From: an uncultured Clostridia bacterium
GTDB lineage: Bacteria; Bacillota; Clostridia; Christensenellales; UBA1242
Direction of reading: 5' to 3'
Length of the DNA: 35,824 bases
Assembly (NCBI GenBank): GCA_944361835.1
Contig: CALVTI010000041.1
Coordinates: forward strand, 1-35,824
Shown here in pieces: positions 16,482 through 24,909 of the stretch. The notes below the pieces were generated by a model. That model worked only from the letters and a program-made list of their open reading frames with translations, was not told the DNA's origin and made no database searches. Made by a program: the position numbers and the translations under genes. Numbering within the stretch: the stretch's first letter is position 1; each line of letters opens with the position of its first letter.

Positions 16482-18386
16482 TTGAATTGCGATCACACTC
16501 TTAGGAGCTTACAAAAGAGGATATTGGCTATAGTAATATGCCTATCCTCTATTTTTTTTGCCTTGATAGTAAGGCTGTTTTTTGTCCAAATCATAAACAG
16601 CTCTTGGCTTCAAGCCAAAGCCAGCAGTCAGTGGACAAGAGACCTTCCGCTCACAGCCGAGCGAGGAAAAATTTTGGACGCATATGGTGCTACGCTAGCT
16701 CAGTCTTATACCACTTATAATGTCTACACCAGAGCAAGAGAGATAGACGACCCCGTCGCCACTGCGACCACCCTCGCCTCAATCTTAAATCTCAAGTTTG
16801 AGTCTGTTCACAGCAAAGCCAGCGACCGAAGCGTGAGTGAAATGCTTATAAAAATGCAAGTCGAAGAAGACGTGGCTCAAAAGATCATTGACAAAAACTT
16901 AAAAGGCGTCTACCTTTCACAAAACAACAAGCGCTACTACCCTTACGGAGACATGCTGACACAGGTGCTTGGGTTTACAACCATTGACAACATCGGTCAG
17001 GCGGGAATTGAGGCTTACTACAACGACTACTTAAAGGGCACCGATGGCTATAGTCTTGTTCAGGCTGACATCACGGGCTCAAAGCTTGACAACACTCTTT
17101 CTTACTACGTGCCAGCCATAGCTGGCTGTGACATAACTCTCACTATAGACGCCAAGCTCCAGCTCGCTCTAGAGGAGATAATGGCTCTTCTTATGGAAGA
17201 GCAGAAAGCTAAAAGCGCAACTGCTTTGCTCTTGAACGCCAACACTGGCGAAATTCTCGCCATGTCTACAAAGCCCAGTTTTGACCTAAACGACGTGCCT
17301 AGAGACAATCCTGCCCTACTTATGGAGACGGTAAGAAACAAAGCAGTAGTCGACGTCTATGAGCCAGGTTCAACCTTTAAAATCTTGACTATGTGTTCGG
17401 CGCTTGAAGAGGGCGTCGTGAGCCTAGACTCGAGTTTTTACTGCGGAGGTTCGACCACTGTCGACGGAGAGCGGATAAGGTGTTGGAAGTCCATAGGCCA
17501 CGGCTCACAAAAGCTTGGCGAAGGCCTAGCAAATTCTTGTAACTGTGTTTTTGTCGACCTAGCTTTGAGGCTTGGCAAAGACAAATTTTATGAATATTTC
17601 CAAAAGTTTGGGCTCGGCCAAAAGACCGGGATAGAAATTAGTGGCGAAAGCGCAGGAATAATTATGTCAAAAGACACAGCAAAGCGAGTAGACCTCGCTC
17701 GAATGGGCTTTGGGCAAGCGATCGCTGTGACGGCGCTTCAGCAAATAACCGCCGTCTCAGCCTGCGTGAACGGCGGAACGCTGTATGAGCCAAGCATTGT
17801 GAAGAGTATAGTCGGGCCTGACGGCACAAGCGTTTTTCAAAACGCGCCTATAAAAGTCCGTGATGTAATCTCAAGCGACACCTCAGCAAAAATAAACGAT
17901 ATGCTAGAGTCCACTGTTTCAAAGACCGGCAAATATACCTTTGTGAGCGGATATGAAATTGGTGGAAAGACAGGCACGACGCAGAAGTATGAAAATGGAG
18001 CCATCGCAAGAGGCAAATATATCTCAAGCTTTGTAGGCACTTATCCAGCCTCAAATCCAGAATATGTCTTTCTTCTTACTGTAGACGAGCCTGGCACAGG
18101 AGCGTACTATGGAAGCGTAGTGGCCTCCCCTTATGCGAAGCAGTTCTTCTCAAAGATTTTTGAGATATATAGCATTGCTCCTGACGATCCAGAGCTAGCT
18201 AAACTCGAGCCGACGGAGATAGTTATGCCTTCGCTCGTGGGCGAACCTCTTGCTAAAGCTGTGGCGACTCTCGCTGGAATGGGCATAGATTATGAGATAG
18301 ACGGAACAGGCCTTACAGTAAAAGACCAGCTGCCTCCAGCTGGCGCTACAATTTATTCAAACGAAACGATAGTAATTGTCACTTAA
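16482..18386 (+). CDS. Class B penicillin-binding protein (FtsI/PBP2B/SpoVD-like transpeptidase) with a C-terminal PASTA domain
   Basis: N-terminal TM anchor. Motifs SxxK = STFK, SxN = SCN, KTG = KTGT, and a PASTA-like tail PSLVGEPLAKAVATLAGMGIDYEIDG. TTG start 8 nt after GGAGG. Confidence 0.9.
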   Translation: MNCDHTLRSLQKRILAIVICLSSIFFALIVRLFFVQIINSSWLQAKASSQWTRDLPLTAERGKILDAYGATLAQSYTTYNVYTRAREIDDPVATATTLASILNLKFESVHSKASDRSVSEMLIKMQVEEDVAQKIIDKNLKGVYLSQNNKRYYPYGDMLTQVLGFTTIDNIGQAGIEAYYNDYLKGTDGYSLVQADITGSKLDNTLSYYVPAIAGCDITLTIDAKLQLALEEIMALLMEEQKAKSATALLLNANTGEILAMSTKPSFDLNDVPRDNPALLMETVRNKAVVDVYEPGSTFKILTMCSALEEGVVSLDSSFYCGGSTTVDGERIRCWKSIGHGSQKLGEGLANSCNCVFVDLALRLGKDKFYEYFQKFGLGQKTGIEISGESAGIIMSKDTAKRVDLARMGFGQAIAVTALQQITAVSACVNGGTLYEPSIVKSIVGPDGTSVFQNAPIKVRDVISSDTSAKINDMLESTVSKTGKYTFVSGYEIGGKTGTTQKYENGAIARGKYISSFVGTYPASNPEYVFLLTVDEPGTGAYYGSVVASPYAKQFFSKIFEIYSIAPDDPELAKLEPTEIVMPSLVGEPLAKAVATLAGMGIDYEIDGTGLTVKDQLPPAGATIYSNETIVIVT

Positions 18387-19315
18387 AGCCTTTCAATAAT
18401 CCTCAGCTTTGCGCTTGAACTTCTTGGATTTTTCAAAACCTCTTCTTCTCCAGCCACTAATGGCTTTTTGGTGATGAGTTTTATAGATGCCTTATGGTGA
18501 CAAGTGCAGACAGGAAAACCTGGCGGGCAGAGGCAGTCAGTCGCCTCGCGTCGAAAGACGTTTTTGACTATTCTATCCTCTAGCGAATGAAAGGACAGCA
18601 CGCACATTCTGCCATGGCTTTTGAGCCTTGAGATGAGTTTTTCTAAAATTTCTTCGAGGCCCTCGAGCTCGCCGTTTACGGCTATTCGCAAAGCTTGAAA
18701 GGTCTTTTTGCTCGCCCCACCGCTCTTATATACCACCTTTTTAGGCAGCGCGCTCTCTATTATCTCTCTTAGCTCTAAAGTAGTCTCAATGGGTCTCAAC
18801 TTTCGCGCCTCGACAATCTTTTGAACTATGCGCCTTGCAAAGCTTTCTTCACCATACTCGAAAAGGATTTTTTCGAGCTTTTCTTTAGGATAGAAATTTA
18901 CTATTTCGTAGGCCGAGAGCTCACTATTTCTGTCCATTCTCATATCAAGCCTGCCCTCTTTTAAAAAAGAAAAGCCCCTCTCTGCACTGTCTATCTGGTG
19001 AGAGCTTATGCCAAGGTCTATTAGCACGCCGTCGACCTCTTCTATACCTAGCTTGTCTAAGACTTCTATTGCGTTTTTAAAATCTGCATAGATGAGCCTT
19101 TTGTTTTCAAATTTTTCAAGCCTTTTTGAGCTATAAGCAAGAGCTTCTTCATCTTTGTCGAGGCCTATAAGAAGGCCGGTGCTATCGAGCCTTTTTAGTA
19201 TCTCGCTAGAGTGGCCTGCCCCTCCAAGAGTGCAGTCTAGATAGACGCCAGAAGGGACTATGTTTAGTCCCTCCAGCACTTCGTTTAACATTATAGGTTC
19301 GTGATAAAATTCCAC
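18383..19315 (-). CDS. rsmH: 16S rRNA (cytosine1402-N4)-methyltransferase RsmH (MraW)
   Basis: YHEPIMLNEVLEGL...DCTLGGAGHS signature and SFHSLEDRIVK. The GTG start is needed to retain the conserved His-Pro motif. Confidence 0.9.
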   Translation of the reverse strand: MEFYHEPIMLNEVLEGLNIVPSGVYLDCTLGGAGHSSEILKRLDSTGLLIGLDKDEEALAYSSKRLEKFENKRLIYADFKNAIEVLDKLGIEEVDGVLIDLGISSHQIDSAERGFSFLKEGRLDMRMDRNSELSAYEIVNFYPKEKLEKILFEYGEESFARRIVQKIVEARKLRPIETTLELREIIESALPKKVVYKSGGASKKTFQALRIAVNGELEGLEEILEKLISRLKSHGRMCVLSFHSLEDRIVKNVFRREATDCLCPPGFPVCTCHHKASIKLITKKPLVAGEEEVLKNPRSSSAKLRIIERL

Positions 19316-19321
19316 TTTGTT

Positions 19322-22300
19322 CTAAACTCCAACGCCAAGTATTTTTAAAATGTTTTGTTTTAAGGCATTAAATTCTTCTTCTGTCATGCTTGAAGAGTCC
19401 GGGTCGTAAGTCATGTCTTGAACCAAGGCTCCAGCGTCACCTTGGACTTCAGGCGGAAGCTCTATTATAGGCGCCCCATCAGTCTCAGTTTTTTCAGCAA
19501 GGATAGTCACAAGATCTTTAGCTTCAGTAAGCGCCGTTGTGAGAACATCAGCGTCAGTCGCGATCTCCTCCCAAGCGAGAGTTTCGCCACTGTTCTTTTT
19601 CTCCTCTATCTTGTCGATTATGGTTTGAGCTGAGTCAGCGATTTCGACTATGACTGTAACATCTATCTCTCCTATATCATCATTGTCGCCAAGCCCAAAC
19701 ACATTTTTAAGTTCTGCGTTTACATAGGCGTTAAGTTTATCATACCCCTGCTTGAAGACGCCTTCAAAGCTCTGGAGTCCAGACGCCGTTTCGTAACTGG
19801 TCTTTGCATTTGTCTCAAGCGCTGTAAGGAGCGGGCTTAGGTCTCCTATCTCAGGGTTTTCGATCGCCATAACAAGTATAGCCTCTTTAAACACACCTAC
19901 TATATCTTGGCTTTGAAGAGCTATATTTTTTATAACCTCATCATCTTTTGTAAACTTCGTCAAAGTAGAAGTATCTTCTGTTATGGTTTCATCGGTGAGC
20001 TTTTCTATTTCGAAATTTGCCATATTTATCGCTTCGACAAGCGTATCTCTCATAAGCTGAGAAGAGATAAGTGGTGTGATAACGAGAGCGACTTCGCTGT
20101 CGTCCACGCCGTCCTCAGGAGTCGGGTCGGCCGTGGACAAAGTTTTGATTACATCAAAAGCGTCCTCTCCGTCGACTAGCGCTTCGAGAGCGTTTCGCTC
20201 AGCATCTTCTGGCGAAGAATAAATCTTTGAGGTCAAAACTTCGACTATATCGCTAAGAAGCCCTGTCTCTGTCTGCCAGAATGTAATTTCTTGGCCTGCG
20301 ACTACGATGTTTGACTTAGTTGCCACAGTGAGGTCTACGATTTGGCCCACCTCTTCGGCTGAGAATTTGGTGAGCAGATTGTCGTATACATTTTTTTCTA
20401 TTGAGCCTTCTGTGTAGTCTAAAATTTCTAGCCCGGCCACCTTGTCGAGCATAATTCCAAGCGCGTCTAAAGTCTGCGTGAGTCGGCTGTCAAATATATC
20501 TCCATTTACTAAGTCTTCCCCATAGATTTGACTCACACTGTTGAGATTTTCGATAATGACGCCCAGGTCTTGCCTTGTCGCAGTCCAGTCGTCAAGGTCA
20601 GTGTTTATCTGTCCAAGCGAGGCGTCATATTGACTAAGTCCGTAGTTTGCCACGCTCTCAAACACTCCAAGCATGAGCTGAGTCTCAGTCAAGCCCTCTA
20701 ATATGAGATCATATCTCTTCCTCTGTCCGTCTAGTTCACAAAGGCTAGAAAGAGCAGATGAAAGCGTGAGCGTCTCACTATTTATGTCGTCAATTATGCC
20801 AGCCTGGCCTACCTGTTTTATAATAGCTGTAAGATTTAGCGCTTCGCCCTCAAGTGAAGCAAAGCCTGTTCCGCTGGAACTTTCAAGAGCTCTCGCCTCT
20901 CTAAAAATAGTCTCAAGCAGGTCTTTTACGAAGGCGTCTTCCTGGTTTACGACCTGCTCTTCAAGATATGTCATAACATTGTCAAATCTCAAAGCACTGA
21001 CAGTTTTTGTCTCAAAGAAATTTGAAACAGCTGCATCAAGGTCGTCATAATTAAAGGTTTCAAAGCTTTCAATTCCATCACTCAAGGTCTTGTACTGGTC
21101 TATGACTAAAGTCAAAGAGTTTAGCTCGTTCTTCCAACTAAAGCTTGCGCTCTTTTTATAATTTCCTAGGTTTAGATAATAGTCTAGCGTCCTATCTTCA
21201 TCTACTTTAAAGTCTTTTAACGCAACGATAAGATTATCTATGACGTTTGTGCCGTTTACTGTCGTAGTCACTAGCTTGCTGTTTTGAGCCCTGTCTAGAA
21301 CATTTGCAAGTTTTGATAAGATATAACTATAATCTCCAGCCAACATAGTATCTAGACTCGAGGTGTCAAAATCTTGAATTGCGCTATATAGGTCTACGCC
21401 TTCAGTGACCATATATGAAACGTCATCGGTGACGCTGGTCCAGTCCATTTTGCTTAGGTCTACTCTGTCGAGGTTGACACTCTCCACCTCAAAACTGCTC
21501 TCCAGCTGAGTCTCAACCGCGCTGAGAGCTATATTGACTCCGCCTACGAGGACTCTCTTTACGCTATTTGATGAAGTCAGCGTGGTGAGCAAGTTTTTAA
21601 GAAGCGAAGCATCGTTTGCTGTCAAAATGTTTAGAGCGCCCTCTGTATCTTCCGCCATAAAAGTATCTACGACTCCATTTTCGCAGAGCATCTCTACAGA
21701 GCTAAGCAGCGCCTTAAGGTCCGCTTCTAAAGCGTCAGCAGTACCGTTTTCTAAAATGCCGTCTCTCACCGCCAAAACAAGGTCCACGACTTCTTCATTT
21801 GAAATAAGCTCACTCTCTAGATTTATGTTTTGACTCACAAGGTCTAAGGCGAGAGCTGTAGCCTCTGGCCCAGCATATCTTATTAGTCCGCTTTCAAAAA
21901 GAGTATCGACCACTCCGTTTAGCATATCAAAATCTAAGTCAGCGTAGCTTCCAAGCTCAAAGTCGAACTTTGAGATATAGTCATAGACTTCAAACACGCT
22001 ACTGATAGAGACGACTTCTTTTCTAAGCACAAGCCTCTCACCATCTACGCTAGTCGAAGAAATGCCGTCAAAGCAGAGGTCTTGAAAACCCAAAACTTGC
22101 GTAATGACAGGCAAAACTGAAGTGTCATAGGCGTCTAAATAGCTGAGGAGTGACGGAACATTTTCTTCCACAAACGAGCCGAGCGCTGTAAGGTTTTGAG
22201 TTTGGTCATCGGCGCTTACGGCCTGTACGCTTTGCGTCGCAGTATCTGGCCGAGCATAGCTCACCTCTCGCACAAGGCTTACCACGCCTGACACAGGCAG

Positions 22301-22867
22301 TAAAAGGAAAAAGGCAAAGAAAAACGCCTGAACTGTGCTCACGAGCGCACCTAGAATGCCATACTTTTTAGGCTTTTCGTCTACTTCGACGAGCTCTACA
22401 GCCTGCCCTTCTTTAATGGTATAAATCTTCTCGCCTGCCTTTGTCGTCTTTCTCTTTTTGAAAACAAAGTGCGCGACAATTTTGTATACAATCCAAAAGA
22501 TAAAATCTAAGAGCAAGAACAGCAGCATAAACACTACTAAATTTATGAGCACAACAGGCAGTCTCTCCGCCACTATAGCTATGGCAGAGCCCTCAGTCAC
22601 GACTTCGCCCGCACCCTCGATTTGCGAAAGATAGTGGACGATGAGCTCGCCGAGTGCCATAGTCTGGCCGTCCACTGTGAGCTGAATTCCCATAAGAGCG
22701 TTTGAAATAGGCGGAGCGATAAAAAAAGCTAAAACAGTACTCACCACAAAGAAAGCTAGTCTAAGTCCACTCTTTTTTATGCCTCTTTTGAAGCCCACCA
22801 AAAAGCCAATGACAAGCACAACAACTAAAAAAATGTTTGAAATCAAACTCACGACAAACGGGCTCAT
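19322..22867 (-). CDS. Giant (1181 aa) membrane protein: CvpA-like 4-TM N-terminal module fused to a roughly 980-aa acidic tail of unknown function
   Basis: Uninterrupted ORF with an AGGAGG RBS 5 nt upstream. There are four hydrophobic helices in residues 1-195, separated by K/R-rich loops. The rest is rich in D, E, S, T, L and V, and I recognise no domain in it. Confidence 0.85.
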   Translation of the reverse strand: MSPFVVSLISNIFLVVVLVIGFLVGFKRGIKKSGLRLAFFVVSTVLAFFIAPPISNALMGIQLTVDGQTMALGELIVHYLSQIEGAGEVVTEGSAIAIVAERLPVVLINLVVFMLLFLLLDFIFWIVYKIVAHFVFKKRKTTKAGEKIYTIKEGQAVELVEVDEKPKKYGILGALVSTVQAFFFAFFLLLPVSGVVSLVREVSYARPDTATQSVQAVSADDQTQNLTALGSFVEENVPSLLSYLDAYDTSVLPVITQVLGFQDLCFDGISSTSVDGERLVLRKEVVSISSVFEVYDYISKFDFELGSYADLDFDMLNGVVDTLFESGLIRYAGPEATALALDLVSQNINLESELISNEEVVDLVLAVRDGILENGTADALEADLKALLSSVEMLCENGVVDTFMAEDTEGALNILTANDASLLKNLLTTLTSSNSVKRVLVGGVNIALSAVETQLESSFEVESVNLDRVDLSKMDWTSVTDDVSYMVTEGVDLYSAIQDFDTSSLDTMLAGDYSYILSKLANVLDRAQNSKLVTTTVNGTNVIDNLIVALKDFKVDEDRTLDYYLNLGNYKKSASFSWKNELNSLTLVIDQYKTLSDGIESFETFNYDDLDAAVSNFFETKTVSALRFDNVMTYLEEQVVNQEDAFVKDLLETIFREARALESSSGTGFASLEGEALNLTAIIKQVGQAGIIDDINSETLTLSSALSSLCELDGQRKRYDLILEGLTETQLMLGVFESVANYGLSQYDASLGQINTDLDDWTATRQDLGVIIENLNSVSQIYGEDLVNGDIFDSRLTQTLDALGIMLDKVAGLEILDYTEGSIEKNVYDNLLTKFSAEEVGQIVDLTVATKSNIVVAGQEITFWQTETGLLSDIVEVLTSKIYSSPEDAERNALEALVDGEDAFDVIKTLSTADPTPEDGVDDSEVALVITPLISSQLMRDTLVEAINMANFEIEKLTDETITEDTSTLTKFTKDDEVIKNIALQSQDIVGVFKEAILVMAIENPEIGDLSPLLTALETNAKTSYETASGLQSFEGVFKQGYDKLNAYVNAELKNVFGLGDNDDIGEIDVTVIVEIADSAQTIIDKIEEKKNSGETLAWEEIATDADVLTTALTEAKDLVTILAEKTETDGAPIIELPPEVQGDAGALVQDMTYDPDSSSMTEEEFNALKQNILKILGVGV

Positions 22868-22923
22868 TCCTTCCTCCTCTCGCTTAATTTGTGCAAAGCA
22901 ATAAGTTTTATCACTTTTACTAC

Positions 22924-22953
22924 ATTATATATTCATTAACTTACTTTTCGCAA
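22924..22953 (-). promoter_or_regulatory. Putative promoter of the giant gene/rsmH unit
   Basis: The minus strand reads TTGCGA (22953-22948), 18 nt, TATAAT (22929-22924). Confidence 0.45.
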
Positions 22954-23014
22954 GCAAAAAAACTTTGTCACATAATTTTTTTAATTTTTCAAAAACTAGA
23001 AAAAAGGAGAAATT

Positions 23015-23356
23015 ATGGTCGCATTTATATCTTTTTTGCTTGTCATAATTGGCGCTCTAAACTGGTTTTGTATAGGCGCGCTTCAATATGATTTTATAGC
23101 AGGAATATTTGGCTCTCAAGCTAGCATTCTTTCACGAATAATTTATTTTTTTGTCGGGCTTGCAGGAATTTATCTCACGTTTTTAGCCTTTAGAGACAAA
23201 GGCGAGGTCAAGGTATTTAATTTCAAGAAGAAAGAGAAAGACCCTCTCGCTGAAGAAAAAGCTCTCCCCAAAAAGGAAGAGCCTACGCTAAAAATGGCTG
23301 AAGGCCTTAAGAGCCAAGAGTATAAAGACTTTAATGAAGAGGATTTAGATAGTTAA
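23015..23356 (+). CDS. DUF378-type small membrane protein with a charged C-terminal extension
   Basis: The GALNWFCIGALQYDFIAGIFG motif is typical of DUF378. AAGGAG RBS. Confidence 0.7.
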   Translation: MVAFISFLLVIIGALNWFCIGALQYDFIAGIFGSQASILSRIIYFFVGLAGIYLTFLAFRDKGEVKVFNFKKKEKDPLAEEKALPKKEEPTLKMAEGLKSQEYKDFNEEDLDS

Positions 23357-23683
23357 TTTGCCAGTGACAATTATGTTTGCGCCCGTCTTTAAAATGTTTT
23401 TTATAAACACATCACCGACGTCCAGCTCTTTGAGTGGCGTCTTTTTTATCTTTTCCATCACCTTAAAAATCATAGTTTTTGGCACGGGTTTGTCTGTCTT
23501 AAGCGAGTAAGAAAAAGCTCCTGAGCGCTTTGTCGTCGTAACCACCCTTGAAGGATTGACAAATTCTGTCTTGCCGTAGGCCTCGCCTCGAGGACAGCTG
23601 TTGCCCTCGACGATTACCTCACCATTTTTTTCATAAACGTTTAAACTACAACCCACAGGGCACATTATGCAAATAGTTTTCAT
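23345..23683 (-). CDS. DUF1667 domain protein (small Cys-rich subunit of GlpA-like flavoprotein operons)
   Basis: MKTICIMCPVGCSLNV...GNSCPRGEAYG...NPSRVVTTT pattern. It is the last gene of the three-gene oxidoreductase operon. Confidence 0.7.
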   Translation of the reverse strand: MKTICIMCPVGCSLNVYEKNGEVIVEGNSCPRGEAYGKTEFVNPSRVVTTTKRSGAFSYSLKTDKPVPKTMIFKVMEKIKKTPLKELDVGDVFIKNILKTGANIIVTGKLTI

Positions 23684-23691
23684 AACCTCTC

Positions 23692-24909
23692 CTATTCTAT
23701 ACTCACTGTGAGAGGGCCTTTCACCTTTCCACTCTCCACCTCTATCTCTTGCATCTCTCCGCTAGTTATACCTACACAAAACTTTGAAGCTATCTCCTCA
23801 CCCTCGCACCTGACTACAATTTTCTTTCTCAAAAAGTTTTGTTTTGCTCTAAAGAAAATTTTAAAGCTTCCACAACCCGAAACTCTTTGAGGGACTGTAT
23901 AACTTATGGCAGAACTAAACGAAATCTCATACTCCTCCCCTAGCTCTTCTAAAGCACCTCTAGCGAAGAGTGCAGCACTCCTTCCTGCTATCGCCCCCTC
24001 TTCGCTCGCGTTGTCGGCAAGGTCATGAATGTGAAGAGAATTTCCTGAGATAAAGAGGTTTTTGATACTCGTCTGCCTAAACTCATTTACTATTATTTGC
24101 TTTTTTATGTTCTTTTCAACTTCGCTTAAAAGCGTGTTTTCAGGAATAAGTCCTACAGAAAGTAGTAGGCAGTCGCACTCCAAAAATTTTTCTGTCTCAA
24201 GTTTAGGCTTTAAATTTTCGTCGACCTCAGCGTAATAGACTCCCTTCACGCGCTCTCTGCCGACCACTCTTGTCACCGTGTGAGAAAACTCAAGCGGAAT
24301 TTCAAAGTCTTCGACGCACTGCCTTATATTTCTCCTAAGGCCTGAAGACGAAGGCATGATTTCCAAAATTTTTAAAACTTTGGCACCCTCAAGAGTCATA
24401 CGCCTTGCCATAATGAGGCCAATGTCTCCACTGCCCAAAATGACAACTCTCTTGCCTGAAAGCTTCCCGTAGTAGTTTATCATCTTCTGCGCGGTGCCCG
24501 CTGTGTAAATTCCTGCTCCTCTATCACCCGCTAGCTTTATCTCCCCCGCTGTACGCTCTCTTGCCCCTGTCGCCAAGACTATGGCTTTAGAGAAATATTC
24601 TTTTTCCTTACCCCTGACAAGCGCAGTAATCTTTTCTCCTTCAATCTTTGTGACATAAGCGCCAAAAACTGAAGGTATTTTTAGTTTTTTGACCTCGCTG
24701 TATTGCTTGTAAGCAAATTCTGGGCCTGTGAGTTCCTCTTTAAATTGCCTAAGACCAAACCCATTGTGGATGCATTGGTTTAAAATTCCGCCAAGGCTGT
24801 CATTGCATTCCAAAATGAGCACTTTGGCCCCCTCTTTTTTAGCTTCTATCGCGGCCTGCATTCCGCTCGGCCCGCCACCAATGACTATGACATCATAAAA
24901 ACTACTCAT
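23692..24909 (-). CDS. NAD(P)/FAD-dependent (pyridine nucleotide-disulfide family) oxidoreductase
   Basis: Two Rossmann motifs, VIVIGGGPSGMQAA and VVILGSGDIGLIMA. The ATG at 24909 has GGGAGG 6 nt upstream and overlaps the upstream stop. The 19-aa extension in the ORF track is probably spurious. Confidence 0.8.
   Translation of the reverse strand: MSSFYDVIVIGGGPSGMQAAIEAKKEGAKVLILECNDSLGGILNQCIHNGFGLRQFKEELTGPEFAYKQYSEVKKLKIPSVFGAYVTKIEGEKITALVRGKEKEYFSKAIVLATGARERTAGEIKLAGDRGAGIYTAGTAQKMINYYGKLSGKRVVILGSGDIGLIMARRMTLEGAKVLKILEIMPSSSGLRRNIRQCVEDFEIPLEFSHTVTRVVGRERVKGVYYAEVDENLKPKLETEKFLECDCLLLSVGLIPENTLLSEVEKNIKKQIIVNEFRQTSIKNLFISGNSLHIHDLADNASEEGAIAGRSAALFARGALEELGEEYEISFSSAISYTVPQRVSGCGSFKIFFRAKQNFLRKKIVVRCEGEEIASKFCVGITSGEMQEIEVESGKVKGPLTVSIE

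Noticed and set aside
20703-21833. Two Ser-rich antisense ORFs (115 and 99 aa) inside the giant gene
   Set aside because: They are the reverse complement of Asp/Glu/Leu-rich coding sequence, which gives Ser/Leu/Phe-rich open frames. They have no starts with an RBS. The 3.5-kb sense ORF is far more probable.
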